From Eubacteriales bacterium (GTDB taxonomy: Bacteria > Bacillota > Clostridia > Oscillospirales > CAG-272): a stretch of DNA of 50,447 nucleotides. Below the pieces are notes generated by a model. It searched no databases and had not been told where the DNA came from. It saw nothing but the letters and a program-made list of their open reading frames with translations. A program made the translations under genes and the position numbers. Location of the stretch: NCBI GenBank assembly GCA_051867915.1, contig JBJDZJ010000105.1, positions 1 through 50,447 of the forward strand, read 5' to 3'. Below are positions 33,659 through 41,966 of this stretch, in pieces (the stretch's first letter is position 1; every line of letters starts with the position of its first letter).

Positions 33659-33886
33659 GTGTTCAAAAAAAGATTTTTCAACGGACTATTTGATTTGAAT
33701 GGGGACGGAGAGCCTGACCCCTTTGAAAGGGCTGCGGATATGGCTGCTTTTGCCGCTCTCATTCATGATGACGAAGAAGACTTCGAAGATGACGACGGTG
33801 ACTTTGAAGATGAAGATGACGACGGTGACGACCCCTTCGGATTCGGCGATGAAGATGACGACGGGGATGAGGATGATTTTGACTGA
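33659..33886 (+). CDS. Small acidic protein with EF-hand-like DLNGDGEPDPFE loop
   Basis: GTG start after AAAGGGA; GLFDLNGDG..DPFERAA motif; 28 of the last 39 residues are D/E; followed by terminator. Confidence 0.7.
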   Translation: MFKKRFFNGLFDLNGDGEPDPFERAADMAAFAALIHDDEEDFEDDDGDFEDEDDDGDDPFGFGDEDDDGDEDDFD

Positions 33887-33931
33887 CAAAGATCGGTCTG
33901 CGACATTGGAATGATTGTATCAAACAGAATG

Positions 33932-33964
33932 GGGCTGCCGCACAAAGTGCGACAGCCCTTTTTG
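33932..33964. terminator. Terminator between acidic-protein gene and convergent GLUG-like gene
   Basis: GGGCTGCCGCAC-aaa-GTGCGACAGCCC-TTTTTG. Confidence 0.75.
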
Positions 33965-33974
33965 TTCTGATGGG

Positions 33975-36650
33975 TTATTGTTTCAGCGTCGGCGTCGGAT
34001 CGCCCTCCCGCAAAGCCCATGTTTCGATAAAGTCAAAGCCTTCGAAGGATGCGGGATCGGTCATCTGCTCCGCCGTCAGCACCTTGACTCCCGAATAGTT
34101 GATGCCGCCGGAGGTGGCAGGAACGCCGTTGTCTGTATAATAGCAGGCCTTCAGCTTCTCCTCTCCGTCGTGGATTGAGGCGGCAATGGCGCCGCAATGG
34201 TCCGCCCCGGAGATGATTCCCGTATTGAAGCAGTTCATGATGCCGACGGAACTGTAATCGTATCCCAGAATGCCGCCCGCATACTGGACCGCAGAAACCG
34301 CCCCGATATTGTAGCAGTCGCTGATGGCGTCCGCCGACTTGGTGCCGAAGAATCCGATGATGCCTCCGACATAGTGTTCGCCCGAGATTTCACCGCCGTT
34401 CCAGCAATTTTTGATATACAGATTCGATCCCGAGTAGCCGACAATGCCGCCGGAGGAGAAGCAGGCAGTGAATATGCCGTCGTATTCCTTGGTCGTGTCA
34501 TAGGTATCGGTCCATTTGTCGGTGATCCTGCCCAGATTGTAGCAGTTTTCCAGATAGGTGGAAGTGACGGAACCGTAATTGAAGCCGATGATTCCGCCGC
34601 TGGAGACCTGACAGCCCTTGGGGGAAGTGGCACTGACCGATCCGGTATTATAGCAGTTTCTGATGTTGTCCGAATAGTTGTATCCCTGGATACCGCCTGC
34701 AACTGCATCAACCGAATAGGCGTTGAAGGTGTTCTCGCAGGTGGTGTAGAGGCTGATGGATCCCGTATTGAAGCAGTTGGCGATGGTGGCCTTTTCACCG
34801 CAGATGCCGCCCAAGTTGCCGCTCTGCCGGGTTATGACCGAAATATCAGCCGCATTGTAGCAGTTGGTGATGGCTACGCCGTCACCGTAGCCGATGATGC
34901 CGCCGAACTGCCCCGATCGGCAGGTGATGTCGATGTCGCCCTTGACAAAGCAGTTGTCGAAGGTCACGCCCTTGTCGTTGTTCCATGCGTTGGGATATTG
35001 AGCAATGGCGCCGAAGGTCAGTTCACCGTCGTCGGTGTCCATGGTGCAGTTGATTTCCACTCCGAGATTGCGGATGGTGGCGTTGCCGACCCGGATGAAC
35101 AGGGGTTTGCTGAGATTTTTCATGGTATAACCGTTTCCGTCCAGTACGCCGTAGAATGCGCCTGCCGAGTCGTATTCCTCGGGGCAAACAATGTCGTTCA
35201 TCAGAATGTACTTGGCGGTGTTGTATTCGGTTTTCACATCGTAGATGGAGGTGATGAAGGCGTCGCTGGGACAGCTGTCGGCAATCTTCTTGAAATCGTC
35301 AAAGGAATAGACTCCGATGTATCCTTCGGGGACGGTATCCAGCTGTTCGATTTCCACAATAAAGCCGTTATGAAGCTCAAATCCGTTGTGAACCACATAT
35401 TTCTGCGCAAGAAGGCGGGAAAAGACATTGTTTACCATGTCGTAGTATTTTTCGCAGGTGTCGGTCTGACCCTTGTACCAGTTTTTGATGGTTTGGCTCC
35501 CGTCTTTGAAATAGTCGTCCGTCCATCTGGAAAGCTGGGACAAAACGCCTGCGTCGTTGTAATTGAGACTGTAAATCAGGTATTCGCCCCGAAGATGGGT
35601 GGCAAGAAGCATTTTGTAGTATTCGCATTTGGTGCGGATGCTGTTGTACAGGGTCTGCGCAGGATCCTTCACAGATACGGTGATGTCGCTGTATGCCGCA
35701 ACCAGCGCTTCGGCGATGTCCGCCATGGCCATCATTTCGTTGTGGCGGCGGAAGGTGTTGGTCGTTCCGAAGAGAAGGTCCCCGCCCAACATGACCACCT
35801 TGAATACCGCCTCGCCGGTGGAGACCAGTCGGTCAAGGGCTTTGTACGCCTTTTCGCCGTAGTCCACATAATCCTTGACGATGCTGTCGGTCTTGTATTC
35901 GCTCAGATTTTTCATAATCGCAAAGGAAAAATCGGAGAGGAAGTTCTTTGCGGCGAATGTGCCGATGTTGTCCGCTATGGATGCAATGCACTTCACCCGC
36001 TCCTTGAAAAGCAGATCGTTGGCGGTGCGAAGATCGTGAGCCGCCTGGCTGAGCTTCTCATTGTCCGAATACTCATCGACGGCGCTGAGGAAATTCTCCG
36101 ATTTGACATAGTTCTGAACACTCAGCTCGTAATACTTGGCATCGCTTGCACTGTCTATGATCATGTCGATTCCGTCCGATGCAATTTTCAGGACTTTTTC
36201 AAGGGTCTCTTTATTTCCGTCAAGTCCGATGACGGTAGCGCCGATGTCGAGCAGATCAAGACCGTAGTCCTTGATATTCTTCATGTTGTCGAACTGGCTT
36301 TGCTTCTCAATCTGAGACGCCATATCATATTCGAACATGGCGATCATATTGGTCAGGATCTCGGTATAATAGGCTTTGTCCGGCACTTCGCCGATGATCT
36401 TGTTCGACATTCCGATGAGCCAGCTTGCCACGGTCTTGTCTTCCATGTCGTGGGCATACTTCCAATAGGCAAGACTCTGATCGCTTCCGAACAGGGCTTC
36501 CACCATGCCGGATACCGAATCAAAGTCGTAATACAGATCCTCAATATCGGTATCCGAATAGGGGAATTGAGCCTCGTCGGCAGATACGGCATTGGCAAGC
36601 GGCAGAAGGCAGAGCAAAAGGGCTGTAAAAACGGCAAGGATTCGTTTCAT
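33975..36650 (-). CDS. Large secreted protein with C-terminal GLUG-like beta-helix repeats
   Basis: Signal peptide MKRILAVFTALLLCLLPLANAVSA; repeated NCYN.G.I/V...GGI.G units; YILMNDI, FYGVLDGNGYT and FEGFDF..W motifs. Confidence 0.82.
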   Translation of the reverse strand: MKRILAVFTALLLCLLPLANAVSADEAQFPYSDTDIEDLYYDFDSVSGMVEALFGSDQSLAYWKYAHDMEDKTVASWLIGMSNKIIGEVPDKAYYTEILTNMIAMFEYDMASQIEKQSQFDNMKNIKDYGLDLLDIGATVIGLDGNKETLEKVLKIASDGIDMIIDSASDAKYYELSVQNYVKSENFLSAVDEYSDNEKLSQAAHDLRTANDLLFKERVKCIASIADNIGTFAAKNFLSDFSFAIMKNLSEYKTDSIVKDYVDYGEKAYKALDRLVSTGEAVFKVVMLGGDLLFGTTNTFRRHNEMMAMADIAEALVAAYSDITVSVKDPAQTLYNSIRTKCEYYKMLLATHLRGEYLIYSLNYNDAGVLSQLSRWTDDYFKDGSQTIKNWYKGQTDTCEKYYDMVNNVFSRLLAQKYVVHNGFELHNGFIVEIEQLDTVPEGYIGVYSFDDFKKIADSCPSDAFITSIYDVKTEYNTAKYILMNDIVCPEEYDSAGAFYGVLDGNGYTMKNLSKPLFIRVGNATIRNLGVEINCTMDTDDGELTFGAIAQYPNAWNNDKGVTFDNCFVKGDIDITCRSGQFGGIIGYGDGVAITNCYNAADISVITRQSGNLGGICGEKATIANCFNTGSISLYTTCENTFNAYSVDAVAGGIQGYNYSDNIRNCYNTGSVSATSPKGCQVSSGGIIGFNYGSVTSTYLENCYNLGRITDKWTDTYDTTKEYDGIFTACFSSGGIVGYSGSNLYIKNCWNGGEISGEHYVGGIIGFFGTKSADAISDCYNIGAVSAVQYAGGILGYDYSSVGIMNCFNTGIISGADHCGAIAASIHDGEEKLKACYYTDNGVPATSGGINYSGVKVLTAEQMTDPASFEGFDFIETWALREGDPTPTLKQ

Positions 36651-37120
36651 TCTACTGCCTCCTCTGCTTCGCTCACGGCGTTGATCGCCTTGATAAGTTC
36701 CTGTTCAATGAAGGATATAACCAGCTCGTCTGTGTTCACGGTCGGCTCCCCGTCCTCATAAGTTACGGTCGCATCGCCCTTGTATTCCACTGTCGTGTAC
36801 TCTTTTTTCAGGATTGCGGTTTGTAAGGACTGGGTAGGATCCTTTTCGGCATAGGCTGCCATGAAAAGCTCGGTATAATTGGGAACCTGTGCCACTACCG
36901 GAGCGGTGTCGCCGTTGATCTCGCCGACCTCCACACTGACGCCTTCCACGCCGATGGAGGAGAGAATCTCGTTGACGATCGCCTCTTCTTTATCGGTTTT
37001 GGAGCTTGTGTCCTTCGAGCCCTTGTTTCCGTCGCTGTCGGATTCTGTGCCATCCTTGCCCGAGCATGCCGAAAACAGCAGAACCGGCACAAGCAGGAGG
37101 CACAACAGAATTTTTTTCAT
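36647..37120 (-). CDS. Hypothetical lipoprotein
   Basis: MKKILLCLLLVPVLLFSACS lipobox; Ser/Asp linker; 4-bp overlap with the next gene. Confidence 0.8.
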   Translation of the reverse strand: MKKILLCLLLVPVLLFSACSGKDGTESDSDGNKGSKDTSSKTDKEEAIVNEILSSIGVEGVSVEVGEINGDTAPVVAQVPNYTELFMAAYAEKDPTQSLQTAILKKEYTTVEYKGDATVTYEDGEPTVNTDELVISFIEQELIKAINAVSEAEEAVE

Positions 37121-37268
37121 TGGCGTTATTCCTTTCTGATATTGTGATTGAGAAAGACGGTATTGCATTGCAGGGCTTTCTCAATGCTCGTTTCTTACAG
37201 TTTATCATGTAAATTCGAAAAAGTCAATAAGAATATCTCGTTTTTCGTCGGATTTGCATCAGAAAAAC

Positions 37269-37299
37269 ACGGGGATTGCCTTGTTGAGACAATCCCCGT
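37269..37299 (-). terminator. Terminator of GtrA-led operon
   Basis: ACGGGGATTG..CAATCCCCGT followed by GTTTTT on minus strand. Confidence 0.7.
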
Positions 37300-37302
37300 A
37301 TT

Positions 37303-37905
37303 TTATTGATCTTCCCGATTTTCCGATTTTTCATCGGTGCCGTCGGACTCTTCGACGCCGTTGTCGCCGAATCCGGCATAGGGATCGGCATCCTCGTCAA
37401 CCTGTTCCTCGGTGGGGAGCAGGGTCAGCCCCTTTGCCGCCCGACTGCCTCTGCTCACATACACCAGCACGAAAATATGAAACAGCAGATTCAGAATCAG
37501 GGTAAACCGCATGGCGGCAAAAGCGGATTGGAACAGAGACAGCACAATCAGTCCCATGTTTGCCGCTGTATCCAGCCATGTCAGAATCGACAGCCCGCGG
37601 ATCATGCCGCCCGATTTGCCCGATTTCAGGAGCATCCAGACGGCAGCCACCAGAAAGGATCCGCCGAACAGGATCCACGAGATCATCTGACCGAAATACT
37701 CCGGGTGACCTGCAAAAGATTTTACCATCAGCGTGGCAGTGTAGGGAATGCAGAAATAGAAGGGAAGCTCCCAGTCGGTTCCCACGATACACAAAATCAT
37801 ATTGATCAGCGTCAGAATTCCGGCGGATATAAAATTCAGCCTTGCCCGATAGATCCGCAGTGTCAGCTCCTGACGGCGTTTGGTCAGACGATCTTCACCA
37901 GTCAT
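37303..37905 (-). CDS. Hypothetical membrane protein
   Basis: AAGGAGG RBS; several TMs; acidic tail. Confidence 0.75.
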   Translation of the reverse strand: MTGEDRLTKRRQELTLRIYRARLNFISAGILTLINMILCIVGTDWELPFYFCIPYTATLMVKSFAGHPEYFGQMISWILFGGSFLVAAVWMLLKSGKSGGMIRGLSILTWLDTAANMGLIVLSLFQSAFAAMRFTLILNLLFHIFVLVYVSRGSRAAKGLTLLPTEEQVDEDADPYAGFGDNGVEESDGTDEKSENREDQ

Positions 37906-37922
37906 AATGACCTCCTTTTTGG

Positions 37923-39071
37923 TCAAAACGGGTTTGTCCCGCCCGTTATCGGGGATTGTACAACCTTCGGATGCTTATTCGGAGACAGTACGGCGAAGTA
38001 GAGAACCGTCATTATGATCGCTATGGGCAGACAGATCATGCAGAGTCCCATGAACAGGACGGACAGGAAAACATAGGAATCGCTTCCCCATTGATTGATG
38101 ATCATCGGGAGAAGGGATGCCAGATTAAAGCCGAAATGGACAGCGACGGAAGCAAACAGCGAGTTTTCACGGAAGAATACCATACCCAGAAGGACACCCA
38201 GCAGTCCGGCATATATCTTCTGAATCACGGCATCGTGAAGACATCCGAAAAGCAGCGCCGCAATCAGAACCGCCAGCCATTTTGGCATTCCCCGGGAGAA
38301 CCGACTTGCCATCAGTCCGCGCATGACAAACTCTTCCACAATGGGCGCCAGAAGAACGCCGCCCAGAATATAGATCAAGAATCCTCCGCCGATATAAATG
38401 TCCTGCGTCTGCTGGCTCTCCTGATTCATCCAATCGGGCAGAAGAGGGGAGACAAAGGAGAGAATCAGAGTCAGGGCGAAATTCAGGGCGATGCCCATGA
38501 CAATCAGATAGCAGATTCGGGATACGGGAACCCGATTGAACAGTTCCCGGTTTTGTTTCCCGCTGAGGGGATTCTTTCGGCGGCAGACCATGATGACGGC
38601 GAAAATCGCCAGTACCAGCACATCTGCCACAACGGTCAGCAGCATGGCATTCTTGTTGATCAGTTCAAGCAGTTGAGGTTGTATCTGATCGTAGGTCAAC
38701 CCTTGGGAAACCATCGGGATCACCCATATGATGCAGAACGCCAGTTCCAGGAAGAAGGTAACCCCCAGATAGATCAGGAAATAGCCCAATGCCTTGAGAA
38801 TGGCAATCACGGGATTTTCCAAAAACCGTTTCTGCTTTTGGGGAACCTGCATTGCCGTAGGGTCGGGATTCACCCGGTCCGACGGTCCGACGGGTCGGTG
38901 ATCGGTCATCCCATTGGTATACGGCGATCCTTCCTGCTTCTGATGATTCAACAGGTCAAAATACGGCTGTCCTTCCGACTGCTGAACACCGGGCTGAGCG
39001 GTCGGCTGAGATTGCTCGGGTTGGGGACTTTGCTGACGGTTGGAATTCGGTTGATTTTGCATGGGATCCAT
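37923..39071 (-). CDS. CPBP (CAAX protease/Abi) family intramembrane metalloprotease
   Basis: APIVEEFVMRG, FGCLH and HFGFN motifs; Q/P-rich N-terminal extension. Confidence 0.9.
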   Translation of the reverse strand: MDPMQNQPNSNRQQSPQPEQSQPTAQPGVQQSEGQPYFDLLNHQKQEGSPYTNGMTDHRPVGPSDRVNPDPTAMQVPQKQKRFLENPVIAILKALGYFLIYLGVTFFLELAFCIIWVIPMVSQGLTYDQIQPQLLELINKNAMLLTVVADVLVLAIFAVIMVCRRKNPLSGKQNRELFNRVPVSRICYLIVMGIALNFALTLILSFVSPLLPDWMNQESQQTQDIYIGGGFLIYILGGVLLAPIVEEFVMRGLMASRFSRGMPKWLAVLIAALLFGCLHDAVIQKIYAGLLGVLLGMVFFRENSLFASVAVHFGFNLASLLPMIINQWGSDSYVFLSVLFMGLCMICLPIAIIMTVLYFAVLSPNKHPKVVQSPITGGTNPF

Positions 39072-39128
39072 GGAGTTCCTTCCTTTCTGATGTCATTTTA
39101 TCCGCTTGAAATAGGCGGCCGCAATATC

Positions 39129-39569
39129 TTATTCTGCTTTTTGGCGGGCCCTTTTCCACGCCCGCTTGGCGGAAATCCGATTGAGTACCGATGCGAAAAT
39201 GCCGTTCAGCAGTGCCGCAACGGCTTGGGCGATGATCAGATTCTCCACCCATGCCTTGGTAAACAGGATCGCCTGCGGAGCCATATATTCATAAAACAGA
39301 ACCATGGACAGAACGATGGTCAGCACAATGGCAAGAGCGGGCAGAGGAATCGGATAAAAGTTACCTGTCACGATCAGTCTTGCCGTCAGAGTTGCCGCCA
39401 CCAGGAGCGTGACGACGCAGAAGACGACCATCAGGTTCTTGGTCATGTAGTGATTGATAAACGCCATGGAGCTGTTGATCTTGTTGATGATGCTGAAGGT
39501 CAGCATCATCAGACTGATCACGACCGTCACATGGGGAAGCAGTGCGTTCAGAAACTTAAAAAATTTCAT
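39129..39569 (-). CDS. Hypothetical membrane protein
   Basis: GGAGGG RBS; four hydrophobic segments. Confidence 0.75.
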   Translation of the reverse strand: MKFFKFLNALLPHVTVVISLMMLTFSIINKINSSMAFINHYMTKNLMVVFCVVTLLVAATLTARLIVTGNFYPIPLPALAIVLTIVLSMVLFYEYMAPQAILFTKAWVENLIIAQAVAALLNGIFASVLNRISAKRAWKRARQKAE

Positions 39570-39570
39570 G

Positions 39571-40749
39571 TCAGTTCCCTCCGATTTCACCGATGCAGAT
39601 CATATCGCTGATAGACCGCTTGGTACCGTTGCTGTTGGAAACCACCACCAGCTTTTCGCCGTTGTAATAGGAGTAAACCGACGCACCGCCGTCCAGATTG
39701 TAGGCAGAGACACAGCCGTATTCCTCGCAGATTTTGGCAAGTGCATCCAGATTCATACCTACGCCGTTGACCTCCCGCTCGTTGTTGTCACGGTAGCCGC
39801 TGACCGAAATCAGGACATAATGTCCGGGCTCCACATAGCCGATGGCAGAGCGGGGATTGGCACGCCAGACCGACGATTCAATGTCGGTTTTGGCAGTTCC
39901 GTCCTCGTTCATCAGCTCGGGACCGAAGCTCCAGATCTGATAGGGCGATTTTGCGGCGATGTCGTCCCAGTTGTACTCCTCGGGCGTGATCGTTTCCATG
40001 GTTCCGTCAAAATAGAGCACGCAGATGTCGGTGGAGATGTAGTCCGATTTTCTGAGAATTTTACCGTTTCGGACAATTACCGGCTTGGAATCGCCGTATC
40101 CGTACCACAGATCTCCGCTGATGGCGGCAAAGGTTTTGCCGAAGGTGGTATCCCCGACCAGTTCCTCCACCGAAGTATAGCCGTTGGTATATCCGGCATA
40201 CAGATTTTCGATGTTGCGCACATAGACATCCATCACATAGTAGACCACATGAGTGTCGGAGACGGCAGAGGATTTGGTAATCTTCTGACTGATGGTGGTG
40301 TCATAGGCGTTGATGGTCATGAAAACATCGTGGCTTTGATATGCGGTGTCCGAAATGCGGATCTGGTCATCCTGCGCAAACAGGGGACCGAATTTGTAGC
40401 CGAAATCACCCGACAGATCGTAGGACGGAGTCGGATCGGACTGTTCGCCGGTATCGGGTGTGCCCGTCACCGGATCCGAGCCGGTACTGTCCCCGTCGGT
40501 AAAGTGGTCTTCGGGATTGGGCAGGTCGGTGCGGATCTCGGAAGTGATATTCGGATCGGAACCGTTGGATTCTGCGGGTTCCTTTTTGGTAAAGTCTGTA
40601 TTTTCCATATCAATGGGGTCGCTTTTGTCAATCCACATGGGCTTGACATGGTGAAAAAAGCTGAAGGCACACAGACATGCCCCTGCCACCAGAATGTCCA
40701 GTGCAATCACCAATGCCCCTGCAATGGGCTTTTTCGGCATTTGATTCAT
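39571..40749 (-). CDS. Phosphodiester glycosidase (NAGPA) family protein, membrane-anchored
   Basis: SFGPELM, NPRSAIG and AYNLDGGAS motifs; N-terminal TM. Confidence 0.88.
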   Translation of the reverse strand: MNQMPKKPIAGALVIALDILVAGACLCAFSFFHHVKPMWIDKSDPIDMENTDFTKKEPAESNGSDPNITSEIRTDLPNPEDHFTDGDSTGSDPVTGTPDTGEQSDPTPSYDLSGDFGYKFGPLFAQDDQIRISDTAYQSHDVFMTINAYDTTISQKITKSSAVSDTHVVYYVMDVYVRNIENLYAGYTNGYTSVEELVGDTTFGKTFAAISGDLWYGYGDSKPVIVRNGKILRKSDYISTDICVLYFDGTMETITPEEYNWDDIAAKSPYQIWSFGPELMNEDGTAKTDIESSVWRANPRSAIGYVEPGHYVLISVSGYRDNNEREVNGVGMNLDALAKICEEYGCVSAYNLDGGASVYSYYNGEKLVVVSNSNGTKRSISDMICIGEIGGN

Positions 40750-40797
40750 GAATTAGTTCCGTTTCCTTTCTCTATGCGGTCAGCCTTCGCCGTGCCG

Positions 40798-41262
40798 TCA
40801 TTTTTCCGGTTTTTGTATGTCGATGTTTTCTGCGGCGGTCTTTTTCAGTTCGTCCTTTTTCTGCCTGAATACGAGTTTTTTCTGCACCAGATAGGTGACG
40901 ACGAACATCATGACTTCGGCGATGGGGTAGGCGATTGACACCTTCAGATGAAGGAGCCGATACAGAAGCTCCATAAATCCGAAATTCTTCACCAGAAAGA
41001 CCGGCAGTGCCAGACTGTAATATTTCAGATAGGCGGGCAGAATCCGACCTTTGCTCCGGAAGACAAAAGTGCGGTTGATGAGAAAATTCACATGGGAGGA
41101 CAGCAGCCATCCGACGATCATGGCAAGCTCCAGACCGAATTTCATGAATCCCAGAAGACTCTCCAGGAGCCATACCGTTGCATAGTTGATGGCAAAGGCG
41201 ATCAGGGAGGAGCAGACATAACGGGGAGCGTCGGACATCAGAATCGCCTTGATTTTTTTCAT
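40798..41262 (-). CDS. GtrA family membrane protein
   Basis: RY..SSLIAFAINY, NFLINRTFVF and YLVQKKLVF motifs. Confidence 0.85.
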   Translation of the reverse strand: MKKIKAILMSDAPRYVCSSLIAFAINYATVWLLESLLGFMKFGLELAMIVGWLLSSHVNFLINRTFVFRSKGRILPAYLKYYSLALPVFLVKNFGFMELLYRLLHLKVSIAYPIAEVMMFVVTYLVQKKLVFRQKKDELKKTAAENIDIQKPEK

Positions 41263-41331
41263 TTTCAAGTCTTCCTTATCTTTTATTTTCCCGTTTTCCG
41301 ACGGCTGATTGATCCGTCGGCACTACGGGAT

Positions 41332-41376
41332 ATTGTACACTCTATTTGTGAATGTGCTGTGAATAAGAGTTGTGAT
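41332..41376 (-). promoter_or_regulatory. Promoter with TTCACA direct repeats (PhoP/OmpR-family box-like)
   Basis: Minus strand ATCACA-N7-TTCACA-N5-TTCACA-N9-TACAAT. Confidence 0.55.
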
Positions 41377-41442
41377 TTCGGAAAAATTTCCGCAAAAAAT
41401 CCGAAACTGTGTAAGGACTTTTCTGAAATTCTTCCGAAAAAC

Positions 41443-41471
41443 TTGACAAAATCCGAAAACTTTGCTATAAT
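41443..41471 (+). promoter_or_regulatory. sigmaA promoter of rnpB
   Basis: Perfect TTGACA-N17-TATAAT with TGn. Confidence 0.9.
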
Positions 41472-41476
41472 GGAAC

Positions 41477-41834
41477 GGGAACCGAACCGTGCCGCCGCGC
41501 GATATGGCGCCGTAAGGTATTATCGTGAGGAAAGTCCGGGCTTCACAGGGTCGGGATAACGGATAACGTCCGCCGAGGGTGACCTCCGGGAAAGTGCAAC
41601 AGAAAAGAACCGCCGCATCTTTGCGGTAAGGATGAAAAGGCGAGGTAAGAGCTCACCGGCAGGGCAGTAATGTCCTGCAAGTGTAAACCCTATCCGAAGC
41701 AACGCCCCGGGAACAGCCGTCACGGCTGCTGCTTGACCCGGCAGTTTTCCCGAGGGGGCAAGGAGCCTTGCGGCAACGCAAGGACAAGATAGATGGTGGC
41801 ATAAGACAGAACCCGGCTTACAGATTCGGTTCCC
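41477..41834 (+). ncRNA. rnpB: RNase P RNA (bacterial type A)
   Basis: GAGGAAAGTCCGGGC, AGTGCAACAGAAA, GGTAAGAGC and ACAGAACCCGGCTTA conserved regions; P1 GGGAACCGAA/TTCGGTTCCC. Confidence 0.97.
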
Positions 41835-41966
41835 TTCATACCATCCCCAAAAGATCTTCCTTCGGGGACGGTTTTTGTATTTATGGAAGAATTTGGGCTT
41901 TTTGCCCATTCGGGCTTTTTGCCCTGAAGAATATGTGAAAACCATCAAAAGAAAGGCTGTCGAAGC

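Noticed and set aside
34197-36761. 854-aa plus-strand ORF, and similar long ORFs at 14086-16296, 22790-25165, 26595-28460, 12103-13593 and 37956-39611
   Set aside because: Antisense shadows of well-supported genes, caused by codon bias; no RBS or motif support
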